Source: a virus
Lineage: Duplodnaviria; Caudoviricetes
Virus record (IMG/VR): IMGVR_UViG_3300049792_000048
Span: 64,001-128,000 of that record
Strand: one strand, 5' to 3'
DNA length: 64,000 bases
Of this stretch, positions 28,441-40,931 are shown piece by piece (within the stretch, counting starts at the first letter, position 1; each line of letters begins with the position of its first letter). The position numbers and the translations under genes are program-made. The notes under the pieces were generated by a model. It worked only from the letters and a program-made list of their open reading frames with translations. It ran no database searches and was not told the DNA's origin.

Positions 28441-29340
28441 ATGAACATCAACATCGAACACCCAGCCCGCAACTACATCGCCTTCCTCCTCTCGCAACGC
28501 CGCTTCAAGGTCAATGAGCTGGTCGCCCAGCTCATGCGCCAGAACATGCCGGTGCCACGGGAGGAGAAGGTGCTCAGCGCCTTCATGGAGATCCTCCAGC
28601 TTGCGCAGCGTGGTCTTCAGTTCCCGGCGGGCTACGACCCCACCAACCTGAAGCACCAGCCGACGTCGCTGTTCCTGCACGCCCACCGCATCTATGACCT
28701 GTGGGCACGGGAACCCCACGTCATGTTTGCAATCGACATCCTGGACCAGCCTTCAGTTCGTCGAGAGCTGGAGATCATGCTGCTCGGTCCGCTCAACTAC
28801 CGCGACATCGCCAAGCGCCTCGCGATCGGACATGGTCTCGACCCCGAGGTGATGAACATCTCGACCGTCCGCTACTACGCTCACTACTTCTGGAACATCG
28901 AAGCAGTGCCGATGACGAAGTGGCCGATCCTGTTGGAGGGCATGCCCAACTCCATCGACTACTCGACGGTGTTCCTCGCTCCCCGCAGCCAGGTCGGTGC
29001 TGCGCTGAGTGTGTTCATCGCGTCACGTGGTGCCGGTGGCGTCCCCAAGGAATCGATCATGTTCCGGTACGTCCGGGACACCTCCTTCATGGAGTTCATC
29101 AAGCTGACGGCCACCCGCTATCCCGGCATGCAGAAGGCGACTGCGATGCAGGCGCTGGTGAACAGCCTCATCGCTGCTCAAGAGCAGGTCGACATGCGTC
29201 GTGGTGGTAGCGCCGAGCTCCTCGATGAGCTCCGGAAGATGGACACCAAGTTCGATCCCAAGCGCCTGACAAGCGTCGAGGAACTGCCCCTCTACAACAT
29301 GTTGGAGGCGCAAAACACAGAAAAGGGAAATGCGTCATGA
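28441..29340 (+). CDS. Hypothetical protein, possible terminase small subunit
   Basis: Helical, HTH-like NYRDIAKRL; close upstream of the large terminase. Function inferred from position only. Confidence 0.45.
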   Translation: MNINIEHPARNYIAFLLSQRRFKVNELVAQLMRQNMPVPREEKVLSAFMEILQLAQRGLQFPAGYDPTNLKHQPTSLFLHAHRIYDLWAREPHVMFAIDILDQPSVRRELEIMLLGPLNYRDIAKRLAIGHGLDPEVMNISTVRYYAHYFWNIEAVPMTKWPILLEGMPNSIDYSTVFLAPRSQVGAALSVFIASRGAGGVPKESIMFRYVRDTSFMEFIKLTATRYPGMQKATAMQALVNSLIAAQEQVDMRRGGSAELLDELRKMDTKFDPKRLTSVEELPLYNMLEAQNTEKGNAS

Positions 29341-29729
29341 CGAACCCCGCAACCGACGAGATCAAGAATATCGCGCAGCTCAGCGAGGAGGAGCGCATCC
29401 GCCCCGACCTCCCGGAGATGCAGGCGATCGCCCGGCCCCGCTACACCATGGAGTGGGGCGTCCGGGAGCGTGACAACGCGTTGGTCATCCACATCTTCCC
29501 GCAGATCGAAGGCGACAACGTCGCCGACAAGTGGGACGAGACGTACGCGATGGACAAGCGGCTCGACTACGCCATCCCGCAGATGTTCGAGGTCCCCAAC
29601 GTCCACGCCGGGTTCGAGGCCGAGTTCAACTCGTTCTTCATCATCGTCCAGGGCGTGATCGCGCCGGACCTGCGTCTGCTCGTCCAGCGGTTCCTGGAGC
29701 AGATCGAGGGGGCTCCGGTCTCTCACTGA
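29337..29729 (+). CDS. Hypothetical protein
   Basis: ATGA overlap; strong codon bias. Confidence 0.65.
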   Translation: MTNPATDEIKNIAQLSEEERIRPDLPEMQAIARPRYTMEWGVRERDNALVIHIFPQIEGDNVADKWDETYAMDKRLDYAIPQMFEVPNVHAGFEAEFNSFFIIVQGVIAPDLRLLVQRFLEQIEGAPVSH

Positions 29730-29911
29730 GTCGAAGCACGAACGGCTTCGGGAAATGAATCTCGAAGCGGGTGTGGTGGTACTTGTTGTTCTGCTTTACG
29801 TAGTTCCGGAGAGCATCCTTGAGCTCCGGAGAATGTGAGCGGGACGTACGGTGCCACACACCTTCTGTAGTCGTGGCAGACTGAACGACGAGGGCATCGA
29901 GTGCCTTCAGG

Positions 29912-31756
29912 ATGGTTCCAGAGATGGCGGTCAGGGTTGGCTTCGACGAAGATGAAGATCGTGACATGGCCGTTGAGTACGGTGTACGTGTTAGCGACCT
30001 GGAGTACAAGCTGGCCCAGGCGAAACAGGCCAAGACCGGGAGGATCCAGCTCCTGACATCCGAGTGGGTCACCGCCTTCATCCGCATCAAGGATGGCGAC
30101 ACCGGCGCCGCAGTCCCTCTCGTGTTTGACGAGCGCAAGTACCTCAAGCGCATCTACGACACTCCCGCCCGCAAGGTGCTGCTCTTCACGAGCCGTCAGA
30201 CCGAGAAGTCGACGACGATCGGCAACCGCATCTTCGGCCGTGCCGGCATGCGCCCCGGGCACACGTCGCTGTTCGTGTCTCCCTCGGCGATGCAGACGGC
30301 CGTCTTCTCGAAGACACGCCTGAACGAGATCATCGACATCAGCCCGCTCATCAAGGCGCAGACCCACGAGGCGCTCACGAACAACCTGTTCGAGAAGCAC
30401 TTCGCGAATGGCTCGAAGATCTACCTCCGGTACGCCTTCCTCACTGCCGACCGTATCCGTGGTCTGTCCGTGAACGATCTCTTCCTCGACGAGATTCAGG
30501 ACTTGGTCTCGACGACCATGCCCGTCATTGAAGAGACGACGTCCCACCACCAGGACACCTTGTTCGTGTACTCGGGAACTCCCAAGAGCATGGACAACAA
30601 CATCCACCACTACTGGGCGGACAACTCGACCGCCAGTGAGTGGTGCATTCCGTGTGAGCACCATGGTCTGCCGAACATGCCGGCGACCTGGCACTGGAAC
30701 ATCCTCAGTGAGAAGAACCTGGGCAAGGATGGCCCCATCTGTGACCGCTGCGGGCACGCCATCAATCCCGAGCACCCGTACGCTCGCTGGGTGGAGATGC
30801 AGAAGCTCGACAACGAGCGCATCACCTTCGAGGGCTACCGCGTCTGTCGTCTGATGGTGCCCTGGTTCTGGAAGTCGCCCAAGAAGTGGAAGGAGATCCT
30901 CGCCGCCCGAGAGCGCTACCCCACGGCGCAGTTCATGAACGAGGTCCTTGCGATCTCCTACGACTCCGCCTCGAAGCCGATCTCCAAGCTGGAGCTCATC
31001 CAGACCTGCGAGCCGAAGATCGAGAACAATCTGGAGACGGCGTACAAAATCGCCCAGAACAACACCACGTTCTTCGGCATCGATTGGGGCAGTGGCGAGC
31101 GAGCCTTCACCGTGCTCACGATGGGTGCCTACTGTCGGGACGACGCCGCTTTCCAGATCTTCTTCATGATGCGTTTCGTCGGCCCGCTGACGGACCCGAT
31201 CGCACAGATGGATGAGATAGAGTCCCTCGTCACACGCTTCCGTCCAAAGTATGTAGGCACCGACTTCGGCTTCGGCTTCTACCAGAACAAGCGTCTGCTC
31301 TCGAAGTTCGGCATGCAGCGGATCTTCCCGTTCGAGTATGCGGCCCGCTTGAACATGAAGCTGAAGTATGTCCCGAAGCTTCACCGCACCGTTGCGTTCC
31401 GTACCCCACTCATGTCGGACATGTTCGTGGCGCTGAAGCGTCGTAAGGTGCGTCTACCGAAGTGGTCCACGATCGAGCGGCCGTACGGTGACGACTTCTT
31501 GAACATCCATGCCGAGGACTCCGACAACCTTCGGATGATCAAGTACGACAAGCCGAAGGGGAAGACTGACGACTCCTTTCACGCCTCCCTGTACTGTTTG
31601 CTCGCGTCCATGTTGGAGCACAAGCGTCCCGACATCATCGCTCCCTTCAAGGAAGAGGAAGAGTCGCGGCTCGCTGGCTATGTCAGTGACGATGCTTACG
31701 ACGGGGAGATCCCCTACTCGTACGGCGACCCAGGCGACGGCTTCAACAACACCTAG
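29912..31756 (+). CDS. Terminase large subunit
   Basis: SRQTEKST (Walker A variant), LFLDEIQD, SGTP, RNase H-like GIDWG..D.G and DDSFHA; CEHH..CDRC insert. Exact start uncertain. Confidence 0.9.
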   Translation: MVPEMAVRVGFDEDEDRDMAVEYGVRVSDLEYKLAQAKQAKTGRIQLLTSEWVTAFIRIKDGDTGAAVPLVFDERKYLKRIYDTPARKVLLFTSRQTEKSTTIGNRIFGRAGMRPGHTSLFVSPSAMQTAVFSKTRLNEIIDISPLIKAQTHEALTNNLFEKHFANGSKIYLRYAFLTADRIRGLSVNDLFLDEIQDLVSTTMPVIEETTSHHQDTLFVYSGTPKSMDNNIHHYWADNSTASEWCIPCEHHGLPNMPATWHWNILSEKNLGKDGPICDRCGHAINPEHPYARWVEMQKLDNERITFEGYRVCRLMVPWFWKSPKKWKEILAARERYPTAQFMNEVLAISYDSASKPISKLELIQTCEPKIENNLETAYKIAQNNTTFFGIDWGSGERAFTVLTMGAYCRDDAAFQIFFMMRFVGPLTDPIAQMDEIESLVTRFRPKYVGTDFGFGFYQNKRLLSKFGMQRIFPFEYAARLNMKLKYVPKLHRTVAFRTPLMSDMFVALKRRKVRLPKWSTIERPYGDDFLNIHAEDSDNLRMIKYDKPKGKTDDSFHASLYCLLASMLEHKRPDIIAPFKEEEESRLAGYVSDDAYDGEIPYSYGDPGDGFNNT

Positions 31757-31758
31757 GC

Positions 31759-31796
31759 AAAAGAAAAGGGACAGTGCTTTCGCACCATCCCTCTTC
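31759..31796 (-). terminator. Intrinsic terminator between convergent genes
   Basis: GAAAAGGGA-CAGTGC-TTTC-GCACCA-TCCCTCTTC hairpin with T-run on the - strand. Confidence 0.6.
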
Positions 31797-31800
31797 AGAC

Positions 31801-32226
31801 CTACTGCGGGCTCTTCCGCGTCGGGTGCGCCGCCGCGTTCATCGCCGCCTCGCGCCGCGCGAGGTAGCCACGCACGCTCTGCACGCCCTGGTAGCCACCG
31901 TAGCCGACCGCCACGAGGGCGCCCGTCACGCGCACGGCCGGGAGCGCACGCTTCAGCAGGGTGTCCGCCTGCACGATGAGCTTGCCGAACGTCGACACCG
32001 GCTCCGGCGGGACGACCGTGTCGAAGATGGCCTTCAGCGTCGCTTCGCTCTCGACCGCGTTGCGAGCCATGCCCGAGGCGATCTCCTCGACGCTGGTGAG
32101 GAGCTGCTTGTGGCGTTCCACATCGCGGCTCTCCTTCTCGTGGCTCATGCGGGCCGCCCACGCACGGTCCCCCTGCTCGTTGCCACCGTGGGTACGCTCG
32201 TGCTCGTTCGTCTGCGTCTGATCCAT
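31801..32226 (-). CDS. Hypothetical protein with C-terminal hydrophobic segment
   Basis: Own promoter motif, GGAG RBS and terminator (moron-like unit). Confidence 0.6.
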   Translation of the reverse strand: MDQTQTNEHERTHGGNEQGDRAWAARMSHEKESRDVERHKQLLTSVEEIASGMARNAVESEATLKAIFDTVVPPEPVSTFGKLIVQADTLLKRALPAVRVTGALVAVGYGGYQGVQSVRGYLARREAAMNAAAHPTRKSPQ

Positions 32227-32290
32227 GTTCTTGTTCTCCCTGTCTCTAGTTCAATGCCTGGGCCCAGTCTGAACGGCGGCATCTTCTCGT

Positions 32291-32305
32291 TCATCTTACT
32301 TATAG
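32291..32305 (-). promoter_or_regulatory. Putative phage early/middle promoter CTATAAGTAAGATGA
   Basis: 13/15 match to the 7487/34296 motif; intergenic. Confidence 0.6.
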
Positions 32306-32329
32306 GGGGTTCTGAACCGTTTTCCCGAT

Positions 32330-34751
<2,422 letters not shown>

Positions 34752-34831
34752 GTGGGTTTCCTTCCCTACTGATGCAATCCTGAGCTATCCTAGGCACTGA
34801 CCTGGCCCCTGCATCAGACAGGAGCACGAAG

Positions 34832-35635
34832 ATGAACCTCGAAGCAAACACCTGGCACACGACTTCGGCTGAGCAGCTCACGCAGCTCGGCAAGACGGCA
34901 GCGCAGACTGCGGAGACGTCGGGCATGTCCCTGACGGATGCCGCAGTTCGCTCGATCGGCATGACGAAGCTCAACGAGCAGCAGATTCGTCGCGTCGTCG
35001 AAGCGGCAAATCACGAGGCCTTCCACCGGAAGTTCGCTTCCATGGATCCGTCCATGCGAGTGGTCGAGCTCGATGGTGGTCCCGCCGACGCGAGTGCGGT
35101 GATCGAGCGGCTCAAGGCTGCCTCGGCACCGGCACGTCCGCGGAGCATGTCGGAGTACTCGATGGAGCCCACCCGCAAGACGGCAGCCGTTTCGCAGTCG
35201 GGTGTCCACGACGTCTCCGAGAAGCGGGCTGCCCTCGCCGACATCAGTGAGCTGCGTGAGCAGCTCCAGGCCACGCACATCGACCTCGCCGAACGAGTCA
35301 GCGTGAGCAGCTACTACATCACCGAGGACGTTCAGAAGCTGGCGGCCATGGTGAAGAGTGCTTGCCTCGATGGAGCGTTCTTCGAGGACTTCGAGCGGGC
35401 CTGGGGAAGCATCAGCCCCAAGCACGCCACCGAGCTCCTCTCGGCGCTCAACCCCACCCGTGCACCCCACGGCGTGAAGACGGCAAGCCGGGTGATCTCG
35501 GAAGGTCACCCGATCCGCTCGACGTTCGATGCGTTCGTGAAGCATGCTCACGACTACGAGGTCGCCTGTGAGGCCCTTCGTGAGGTCGAGGGTGAGCTCG
35601 TCCGCGTTTCGGACTTCCTGCGGAGCAATCGATGA
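34832..35635 (+). CDS. KxA-saturated head assembly/core protein
   Basis: 10 of 11 lysines are in K-x-A; AGGAG RBS; first gene of the head operon. Confidence 0.65.
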   Translation: MNLEANTWHTTSAEQLTQLGKTAAQTAETSGMSLTDAAVRSIGMTKLNEQQIRRVVEAANHEAFHRKFASMDPSMRVVELDGGPADASAVIERLKAASAPARPRSMSEYSMEPTRKTAAVSQSGVHDVSEKRAALADISELREQLQATHIDLAERVSVSSYYITEDVQKLAAMVKSACLDGAFFEDFERAWGSISPKHATELLSALNPTRAPHGVKTASRVISEGHPIRSTFDAFVKHAHDYEVACEALREVEGELVRVSDFLRSNR

Positions 35636-35970
35636 ACCCCATCACGCTTCTGAAGCTGGCAGGTCTTGCTGAGGCTGCGAAGACCGTCGGCAAAGCCACG
35701 GGCAAGGTCTTCCAGGCTTCAGGAAGCGTGGGCGGGGCCATCGGGCGAAACCTCGGCTCGGAGGCGATCGGCAAGACGGTGGGCTATGCAGCTCCCGTTC
35801 TGATCGCCAACCATGCTGCCAACCAGTACGCTCCCACACGTCGTGGTAAGGCGTGGCTCGGACAGCAGATGGGTGCGGCAGGCAATGCCGTCGGATCTGC
35901 CCTCGTCCCAAGGGACTTTGGGGCTCGGCCGGGTGACTTCGGCGGTGGCGGTGGAGGAGGGTATTACTGA
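35632..35970 (+). CDS. Small Gly-rich virion protein with N-terminal KLA leader
   Basis: MNPITLLKLA then Gly/Ala-rich; coupled overlaps. Confidence 0.6.
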   Translation: MNPITLLKLAGLAEAAKTVGKATGKVFQASGSVGGAIGRNLGSEAIGKTVGYAAPVLIANHAANQYAPTRRGKAWLGQQMGAAGNAVGSALVPRDFGARPGDFGGGGGGGYY

Positions 35971-36587
35971 TGTTGATCTCCAAGCATGCGGTCGCACGTG
36001 AGTACGTCGGTGTCGTCGCGAAGACGGCCTCTCTCATGGGTCCTGGTGACCTTCATGCGTTGAAGGGCCTGGGGCACACGATGATGGAGGTCGCTCCGAT
36101 CGCCGTTCCGCTCGCCGCGCTCGCAGCTCAAGGCATCGGCGCCGTCATCTCGAAGATGACCGAGGCTTCACGCAAGGCGGGGGCCTACAAGACGATGATG
36201 GACCAGAACCCGCACCTCGCGGACAAGCCGTCCGAGGACGTGCAGCGGTACTTCAACACGCTCCATCGCCTGAACCCGGAGCTCGCGGGGGACCCCACGG
36301 TCGCGGCGAGCTTCGTGAACAACATGGTTCAGATGAACAACCCGATGAACCCGCACGCCGCGCTGTTCGAGCAGGCTCGTCAACTCAGCGCCCTCAAGCG
36401 CCCCGAGCCGGGTCACTTCGGCAAGGATCTCAGCGACGTCGTCCTTCGCATGGGCGATGCCTCCAAGAAGGACAAGTCGGAAGGCCTGCGCCACGACCTA
36501 GGCGTCCAGCAGCGGTACAACCGCATGCTCAAGAGCCACGTCCAGAAGATGCGTCGTGGCGCTGCCCACGCTCCCGAAACGACCTGA
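35970..36587 (+). CDS. Virion protein with KxA leader and hydrophobic segment
   Basis: KHA, KTA, then APIAVPLAALAAQGIGAVI. Confidence 0.6.
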   Translation: MLISKHAVAREYVGVVAKTASLMGPGDLHALKGLGHTMMEVAPIAVPLAALAAQGIGAVISKMTEASRKAGAYKTMMDQNPHLADKPSEDVQRYFNTLHRLNPELAGDPTVAASFVNNMVQMNNPMNPHAALFEQARQLSALKRPEPGHFGKDLSDVVLRMGDASKKDKSEGLRHDLGVQQRYNRMLKSHVQKMRRGAAHAPETT

Positions 36588-36590
36588 CCC

Positions 36591-38396
36591 ATGATGCTGA
36601 AGCGTGCGTTCTCGTCGGCTGAAGGCGAGCCGCCGGTTCATCTCATCGAGGCCGGGCACATGACGAAAGTCGCCGGCGCGCTTCCGCTCGTCGAGGACTT
36701 CATCTCGCGTCTGCGTCCAGACCCCAAGTACATGTTCACTCACGTGAACGCCATGGGGTACTCGGAGTACTACGGGCCGAACTCGAACGTCGACTACTAC
36801 GGGTACAACCCACACCTCGACTTCAACGGTCTGCTGCACGCTCCCGAGACGTGTCATCTGCACGGCGAATACGAGAACTGGGAGACCGATCCCGTCGTAC
36901 AGGCTCGCATCGCGAAGAGCTGGCCATTCGGTTACCCCAGCTACTACGGCGCGACGGTCTACGCCCACCACAAGAACTCGGACCCCACCTCGTTGGGCTT
37001 CGGGGATGTCGTGTTCGTCGCCCGCAACGAGGCACAGAAGCGCATCGAGCTCGTGATGCGAGTCGATGTCGACCTCGCCATGCAACGTGGTCACTCTGCG
37101 ATTCTTGATAGGATCGGACGAGGCGATCGAGTCGATGTCTCGATGGGCTGCAAGGTCCCCTTCGACTTCTGCTCGATCTGCACCGACTGGGAGGCCGTAA
37201 AGAAGGCCCAGAAGGGCTACGACCCCAAGCGCCACGCCAGCCCAGGTGTCGCCATCCTGGTGTATCACCGGACCGTGAAGCCCATCCGTGGGCTCGCCAT
37301 TACGAAGGCTGACTACTGCGACCACATGGTCAAGCAGCGTGGGCAGGTACTGGACGATGGCCAGAAGGTCTTCGTCTACAACGACTATCCACGCTTCTTC
37401 GACATCAGCTTCGTGTGGATCGGAGCTGACCGCACCGCACGCGTGATGTTCTTCATGGGTGCGAATGGCAGCCGGCCCGGGGAACGTCAGCGTCCTCAGA
37501 GTATCGGTGAGCTCGTGAAGGGGGCTTCGGACATGTCGAAGACAGCCAGTGAGAAGGCGGAACCTGGAACCCTTCTCACCCGAGACCGCCTCCGGAAAAT
37601 GAAGAAGATGGCAATGGAGAAGGAGATCCCTGGAGGCATCACACGCAAGGTCGAGCTCTGCGCCAACTCCGAGATGGATATCCCGTTCGGAGAGCTGGCC
37701 TCCTTCTCGAAGGAGGTGGGGGCAAAGACCCTGCTCTCTACGCTCGCTGGTCTGGGCATAATGCTCAAGCCGAACGAGTTCCATGGCGTCGTCGGCACCG
37801 AGCACCCGCTTCACGCGAAGGTCGCCGCGATGGCTGCCGAGCACAACATGACGTTCAGGACATCGCTGCCTGGATACGAGACTGGCTATGCCGTGGACCC
37901 CGCCCTCTTCTCGCCCAAGTTGGCGGAGAAGCTCATGCCTTACGTCGAGCACCGCTCTTCGTTTGCCCCGCATCTTCACTACCGGCTCGGCACGATGGCG
38001 AAGACGGCTTCGGCCCCTCTTCCACAGCTACTTGATGCCGTGTTCGTTCATGATGTCGCGGCTCTTTACAATGGGTATCGGGCCTCGCTCCTGAAGCAGG
38101 CTGAGCACCTGATGCCGAAGTACCACGAGGTGTCTCCACCCGACTTCGAGCAGTTGACGAAGACAGCCTCGCTGGCGGGTCTTCTCCTGTCTTCATCCAC
38201 CGTGGTACATTGGATTTCGGCTCACCTCGAAAAGGTGGCAGAGGTCGAAGAGGAACTTGGTGCTGCTGTGAAGTACGTGATGACAAGCCCCAACTACCGT
38301 AAGCTCAGTGCTCTCGGTGACGAGGTTTGCGCCACGATGAATCGGAGCACCAACTTCATCTCCGGGCTCCGGAACGCGGTGCAGATCGCACTGTAA
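36591..38396 (+). CDS. Prohead (maturation) protease, HK97/assemblin-like, with Zn-ribbon insert and KxA-rich C-terminal extension
   Basis: VYAHH (His), DVSMG (Ser) and FFDISFVWIGAD follow the HK97-type H...S-x-G...E/D-I-S-x-V-x-x-P/G-A pattern; CSIC..CDH insert; upstream of scaffold and MCP. Confidence 0.75.
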   Translation: MMLKRAFSSAEGEPPVHLIEAGHMTKVAGALPLVEDFISRLRPDPKYMFTHVNAMGYSEYYGPNSNVDYYGYNPHLDFNGLLHAPETCHLHGEYENWETDPVVQARIAKSWPFGYPSYYGATVYAHHKNSDPTSLGFGDVVFVARNEAQKRIELVMRVDVDLAMQRGHSAILDRIGRGDRVDVSMGCKVPFDFCSICTDWEAVKKAQKGYDPKRHASPGVAILVYHRTVKPIRGLAITKADYCDHMVKQRGQVLDDGQKVFVYNDYPRFFDISFVWIGADRTARVMFFMGANGSRPGERQRPQSIGELVKGASDMSKTASEKAEPGTLLTRDRLRKMKKMAMEKEIPGGITRKVELCANSEMDIPFGELASFSKEVGAKTLLSTLAGLGIMLKPNEFHGVVGTEHPLHAKVAAMAAEHNMTFRTSLPGYETGYAVDPALFSPKLAEKLMPYVEHRSSFAPHLHYRLGTMAKTASAPLPQLLDAVFVHDVAALYNGYRASLLKQAEHLMPKYHEVSPPDFEQLTKTASLAGLLLSSSTVVHWISAHLEKVAEVEEELGAAVKYVMTSPNYRKLSALGDEVCATMNRSTNFISGLRNAVQIAL

Positions 38397-38464
38397 CTCC
38401 CCTTCCGAGGCTGCTTCGCGCGGCCACCGACGATCGGGCAACGACGAACGACGAGGTAGACATC

Positions 38465-39319
38465 ATGATGGACTTCGAGACGAAGATCGCAGCGGCGGGT
38501 GATGCTCTGATGAAGCTGGCGGCGGACCGCGGCCTCACTCTGAACGACTTCACGGAACAGGAGTCGATGGACCTCCTGGAGATGCTCATGGGCGAGCAGA
38601 ACAAGACCGCAGGAGAGGTCACGCCTGCGGCAGCGGCTCCGGCAGCCGTGACTCCTCCGGCGCAGGGCGCGGAGCCGACGGACAAGACGGCGAACGAGCA
38701 GCCGCAGCTCGACTACGGCATGGTGATGGCCGAGGTCGTGAAGGTCGCCGCGGCGAACAAGTTCGACCTGACGACGGCATCGCCCGCGGAGCTCAACGAC
38801 GCCGTCCAGAAGATGGCGGCGCTCATGAGCGACCCCACCTACGCGACGAAGCAGGCCGCGTTCCAGGAGAAGCTTGCAGAGGCCGACGCGATCGGCCGCG
38901 TGATGGCTCACTCCTACGTCGACGAGCTCTCGAAGATCGCCGAGTCGAACAAGGTCGCCAGCAAGACCGAGGACGAGAAGCGCGAGGAAGAGAAGAACGA
39001 GAAGAAGGCCGCGTTCGTTCGCGAGCTCCGCGCGAAGACCGCGGGCGAGATGCCCGAGGCCTTCAAGAAGCACATGAAGGGCAAGGGCAACGAGGACGAC
39101 AAGGGTGGCAAGGGCGACGAGAAGAGCGAAGACGACAAGAAGAAGGAAGAGGCCGAGAAGAAGGCTTCCTTCGCCAAGATCGCCGAGCTCCGTGCCGCGC
39201 AGATCCTCATCGAGAACGGTGTCAACCCGGCCACGAGCGAGAAGTTCGCTTCCGCCGACGAGCAGGTCGACGCTGCGGCTCTCAACCTCCTCGCGCAGAA
39301 GGGCTACAAGGTCGGCTGA
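38465..39319 (+). CDS. Scaffold-like protein with about 15 KxA motifs (start ATG 38465)
   Basis: GAGGT RBS; charged helical protein lying between protease and MCP. Confidence 0.7.
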   Translation: MMDFETKIAAAGDALMKLAADRGLTLNDFTEQESMDLLEMLMGEQNKTAGEVTPAAAAPAAVTPPAQGAEPTDKTANEQPQLDYGMVMAEVVKVAAANKFDLTTASPAELNDAVQKMAALMSDPTYATKQAAFQEKLAEADAIGRVMAHSYVDELSKIAESNKVASKTEDEKREEEKNEKKAAFVRELRAKTAGEMPEAFKKHMKGKGNEDDKGGKGDEKSEDDKKKEEAEKKASFAKIAELRAAQILIENGVNPATSEKFASADEQVDAAALNLLAQKGYKVG

Positions 39320-39337
39320 GCCGGCACCTGAGCACAC

Positions 39338-39574
39338 GTGATGAGCACCCACCCCAACTTGATGTTCGACAGCTTCCTGAAGACGGCGTCCACCGCCTCT
39401 GTCAGGCCAGCTTCGTCGTACGCCTCGTCGGGGATGGGTGACGCATCACAGAAGCTCAAGGTGACGAATGCGCCCAGCAAGTCGCAGTGGTCGTCACCGA
39501 ACCCGTCTCAGGCAACCCCCAACCAAAGCCCGTTCGCGGCTCAGAAGAACGCACCGCCTCCGCCGGTGCAGTGA
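39338..39574 (+). CDS. Small protein with FDSFLKTA leader
   Basis: Fills the gap in the head operon; Ser/Pro-rich after the KTA. Confidence 0.5.
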   Translation: MMSTHPNLMFDSFLKTASTASVRPASSYASSGMGDASQKLKVTNAPSKSQWSSPNPSQATPNQSPFAAQKNAPPPPVQ

Positions 39575-39584
39575 GGAAGACGTC

Positions 39585-40487
39585 ATGCGAAAGCTCAGTG
39601 CACTGGTGAATACCGCACTCGAATCCGCGAGCGAGAAGATCGCCTCGACGGTCGATGCGAGCGCAGCGGAAGCCGTGAAGGCTGCCGAGGCCGAGAAGCG
39701 TGCCGCGGCGGCTGCTGCCGTTCCGGTCCGCACGAAGGAGGCCGAGAAGCGCGCAAGCGTGATCACCACGGCAGCCGAGGCCGTCAAGGTCGCCGAGGTG
39801 CTGGAGCATCTCGCGGTCGTGATGCCCAAGCTCGCCGAGATGGGCACGAACCGCGGTGGTGGCAGCACGAACGTGCAGGACCGCACCGGCCCCGAGATCC
39901 TCACGTCGCCCGACAAGGGCGTGACGAAGGACACGATGACGTCGGCCTCGTCGATCCCGGCGCAGCGTGCGCATTCGGGCGGTGGCCCCGGCCACGGCAT
40001 GCACATCGAGACGAACAAGAACGACGCGCCCTGGAGCAAGTCCAAGAGCGCGGCCGAGGAGATCCTCACGGCGAAGATCGCACAGAGCAATGCTCTGCTC
40101 GCGGTCGGTCGTGCGAAGGAGGCCACGGAGCTCGCGAACACGGCTCGCACCGAGTTCGAGACCGCCAAGAAGGCGTACGAGGAGGAGGATGCCTCCACCA
40201 AGACGCCGCACGGCAACCCGAAGTCGCTGGCGACGAACCGCAACCAGGGCGACCTCCCGGTCCCCACGGGTCCGGTCCGTGACAACGCGGGCATGATCTC
40301 GATGACCAAGCGCGACGCCAAGACGAAGGACGTCCGCGCCGAGGCAGGCAAGCACGTCTCGGAGACCGCTCTCTCGGCGAAGACCGACAAGGGTCTCTCC
40401 GACAACCTCGACCACATCGAGGGGGCGAAGATCGCTTCCATCCTCGACACCGCGGCAGCGCGAAAGGCGGCGGCCACGGCCGCCTGA
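39585..40487 (+). CDS. KxA-rich scaffold/core protein (start ATG 39585)
   Basis: KIA, KAA, KRA x2, KVA, KLA, KSA, KIA x2; GAGGA RBS. Confidence 0.65.
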   Translation: MRKLSALVNTALESASEKIASTVDASAAEAVKAAEAEKRAAAAAAVPVRTKEAEKRASVITTAAEAVKVAEVLEHLAVVMPKLAEMGTNRGGGSTNVQDRTGPEILTSPDKGVTKDTMTSASSIPAQRAHSGGGPGHGMHIETNKNDAPWSKSKSAAEEILTAKIAQSNALLAVGRAKEATELANTARTEFETAKKAYEEEDASTKTPHGNPKSLATNRNQGDLPVPTGPVRDNAGMISMTKRDAKTKDVRAEAGKHVSETALSAKTDKGLSDNLDHIEGAKIASILDTAAARKAAATAA

Positions 40488-40499
40488 AGGGAGACGAAC

Positions 40500-40904
40500 A
40501 TGGACCTCATCAAGCTCGCTTCGGATTCGCCTGCCGTCCTTCTCGAAGGCGCCAAGACGATCCGCAAGCTCGCGTCGGACAACGTGGAGCTCCAGGCCGA
40601 CAAGATGGCTGCGCTCCACCAGCTCCACATCCACAAGCTCGCGATGCTGATGCACGAGCGCGGCCTGGAGCCCGCTCTGTCGCTGTCGGAGAAGGTCGCG
40701 CATCTGAGTTCGGTCGAGCCCTCGAAGCTCGATGCGATCGAAGCCGCCGTCGAGATGAGCGCGGGCGGCTTCAAGCTGGCGACGCTTCGCACCGACGAGG
40801 AGACCTCGTCTTCGCACGGTGCGGGGCCGACGACGTTGTCCGGGGAGCTCGGTTCCTCGGCGAACTACGACCGACTGGACGCGCTCGTCCAGGCGATCGG
40901 CTGA
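40500..40904 (+). CDS. Small KxA-rich scaffold-like protein
   Basis: 6 of 8 lysines in K-x-A; C-terminal YDRLDALVQAIG helix. Confidence 0.65.
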   Translation: MDLIKLASDSPAVLLEGAKTIRKLASDNVELQADKMAALHQLHIHKLAMLMHERGLEPALSLSEKVAHLSSVEPSKLDAIEAAVEMSAGGFKLATLRTDEETSSSHGAGPTTLSGELGSSANYDRLDALVQAIG

Positions 40905-40931
40905 TCCACACCGAGGAACCAGACAGGAGAG

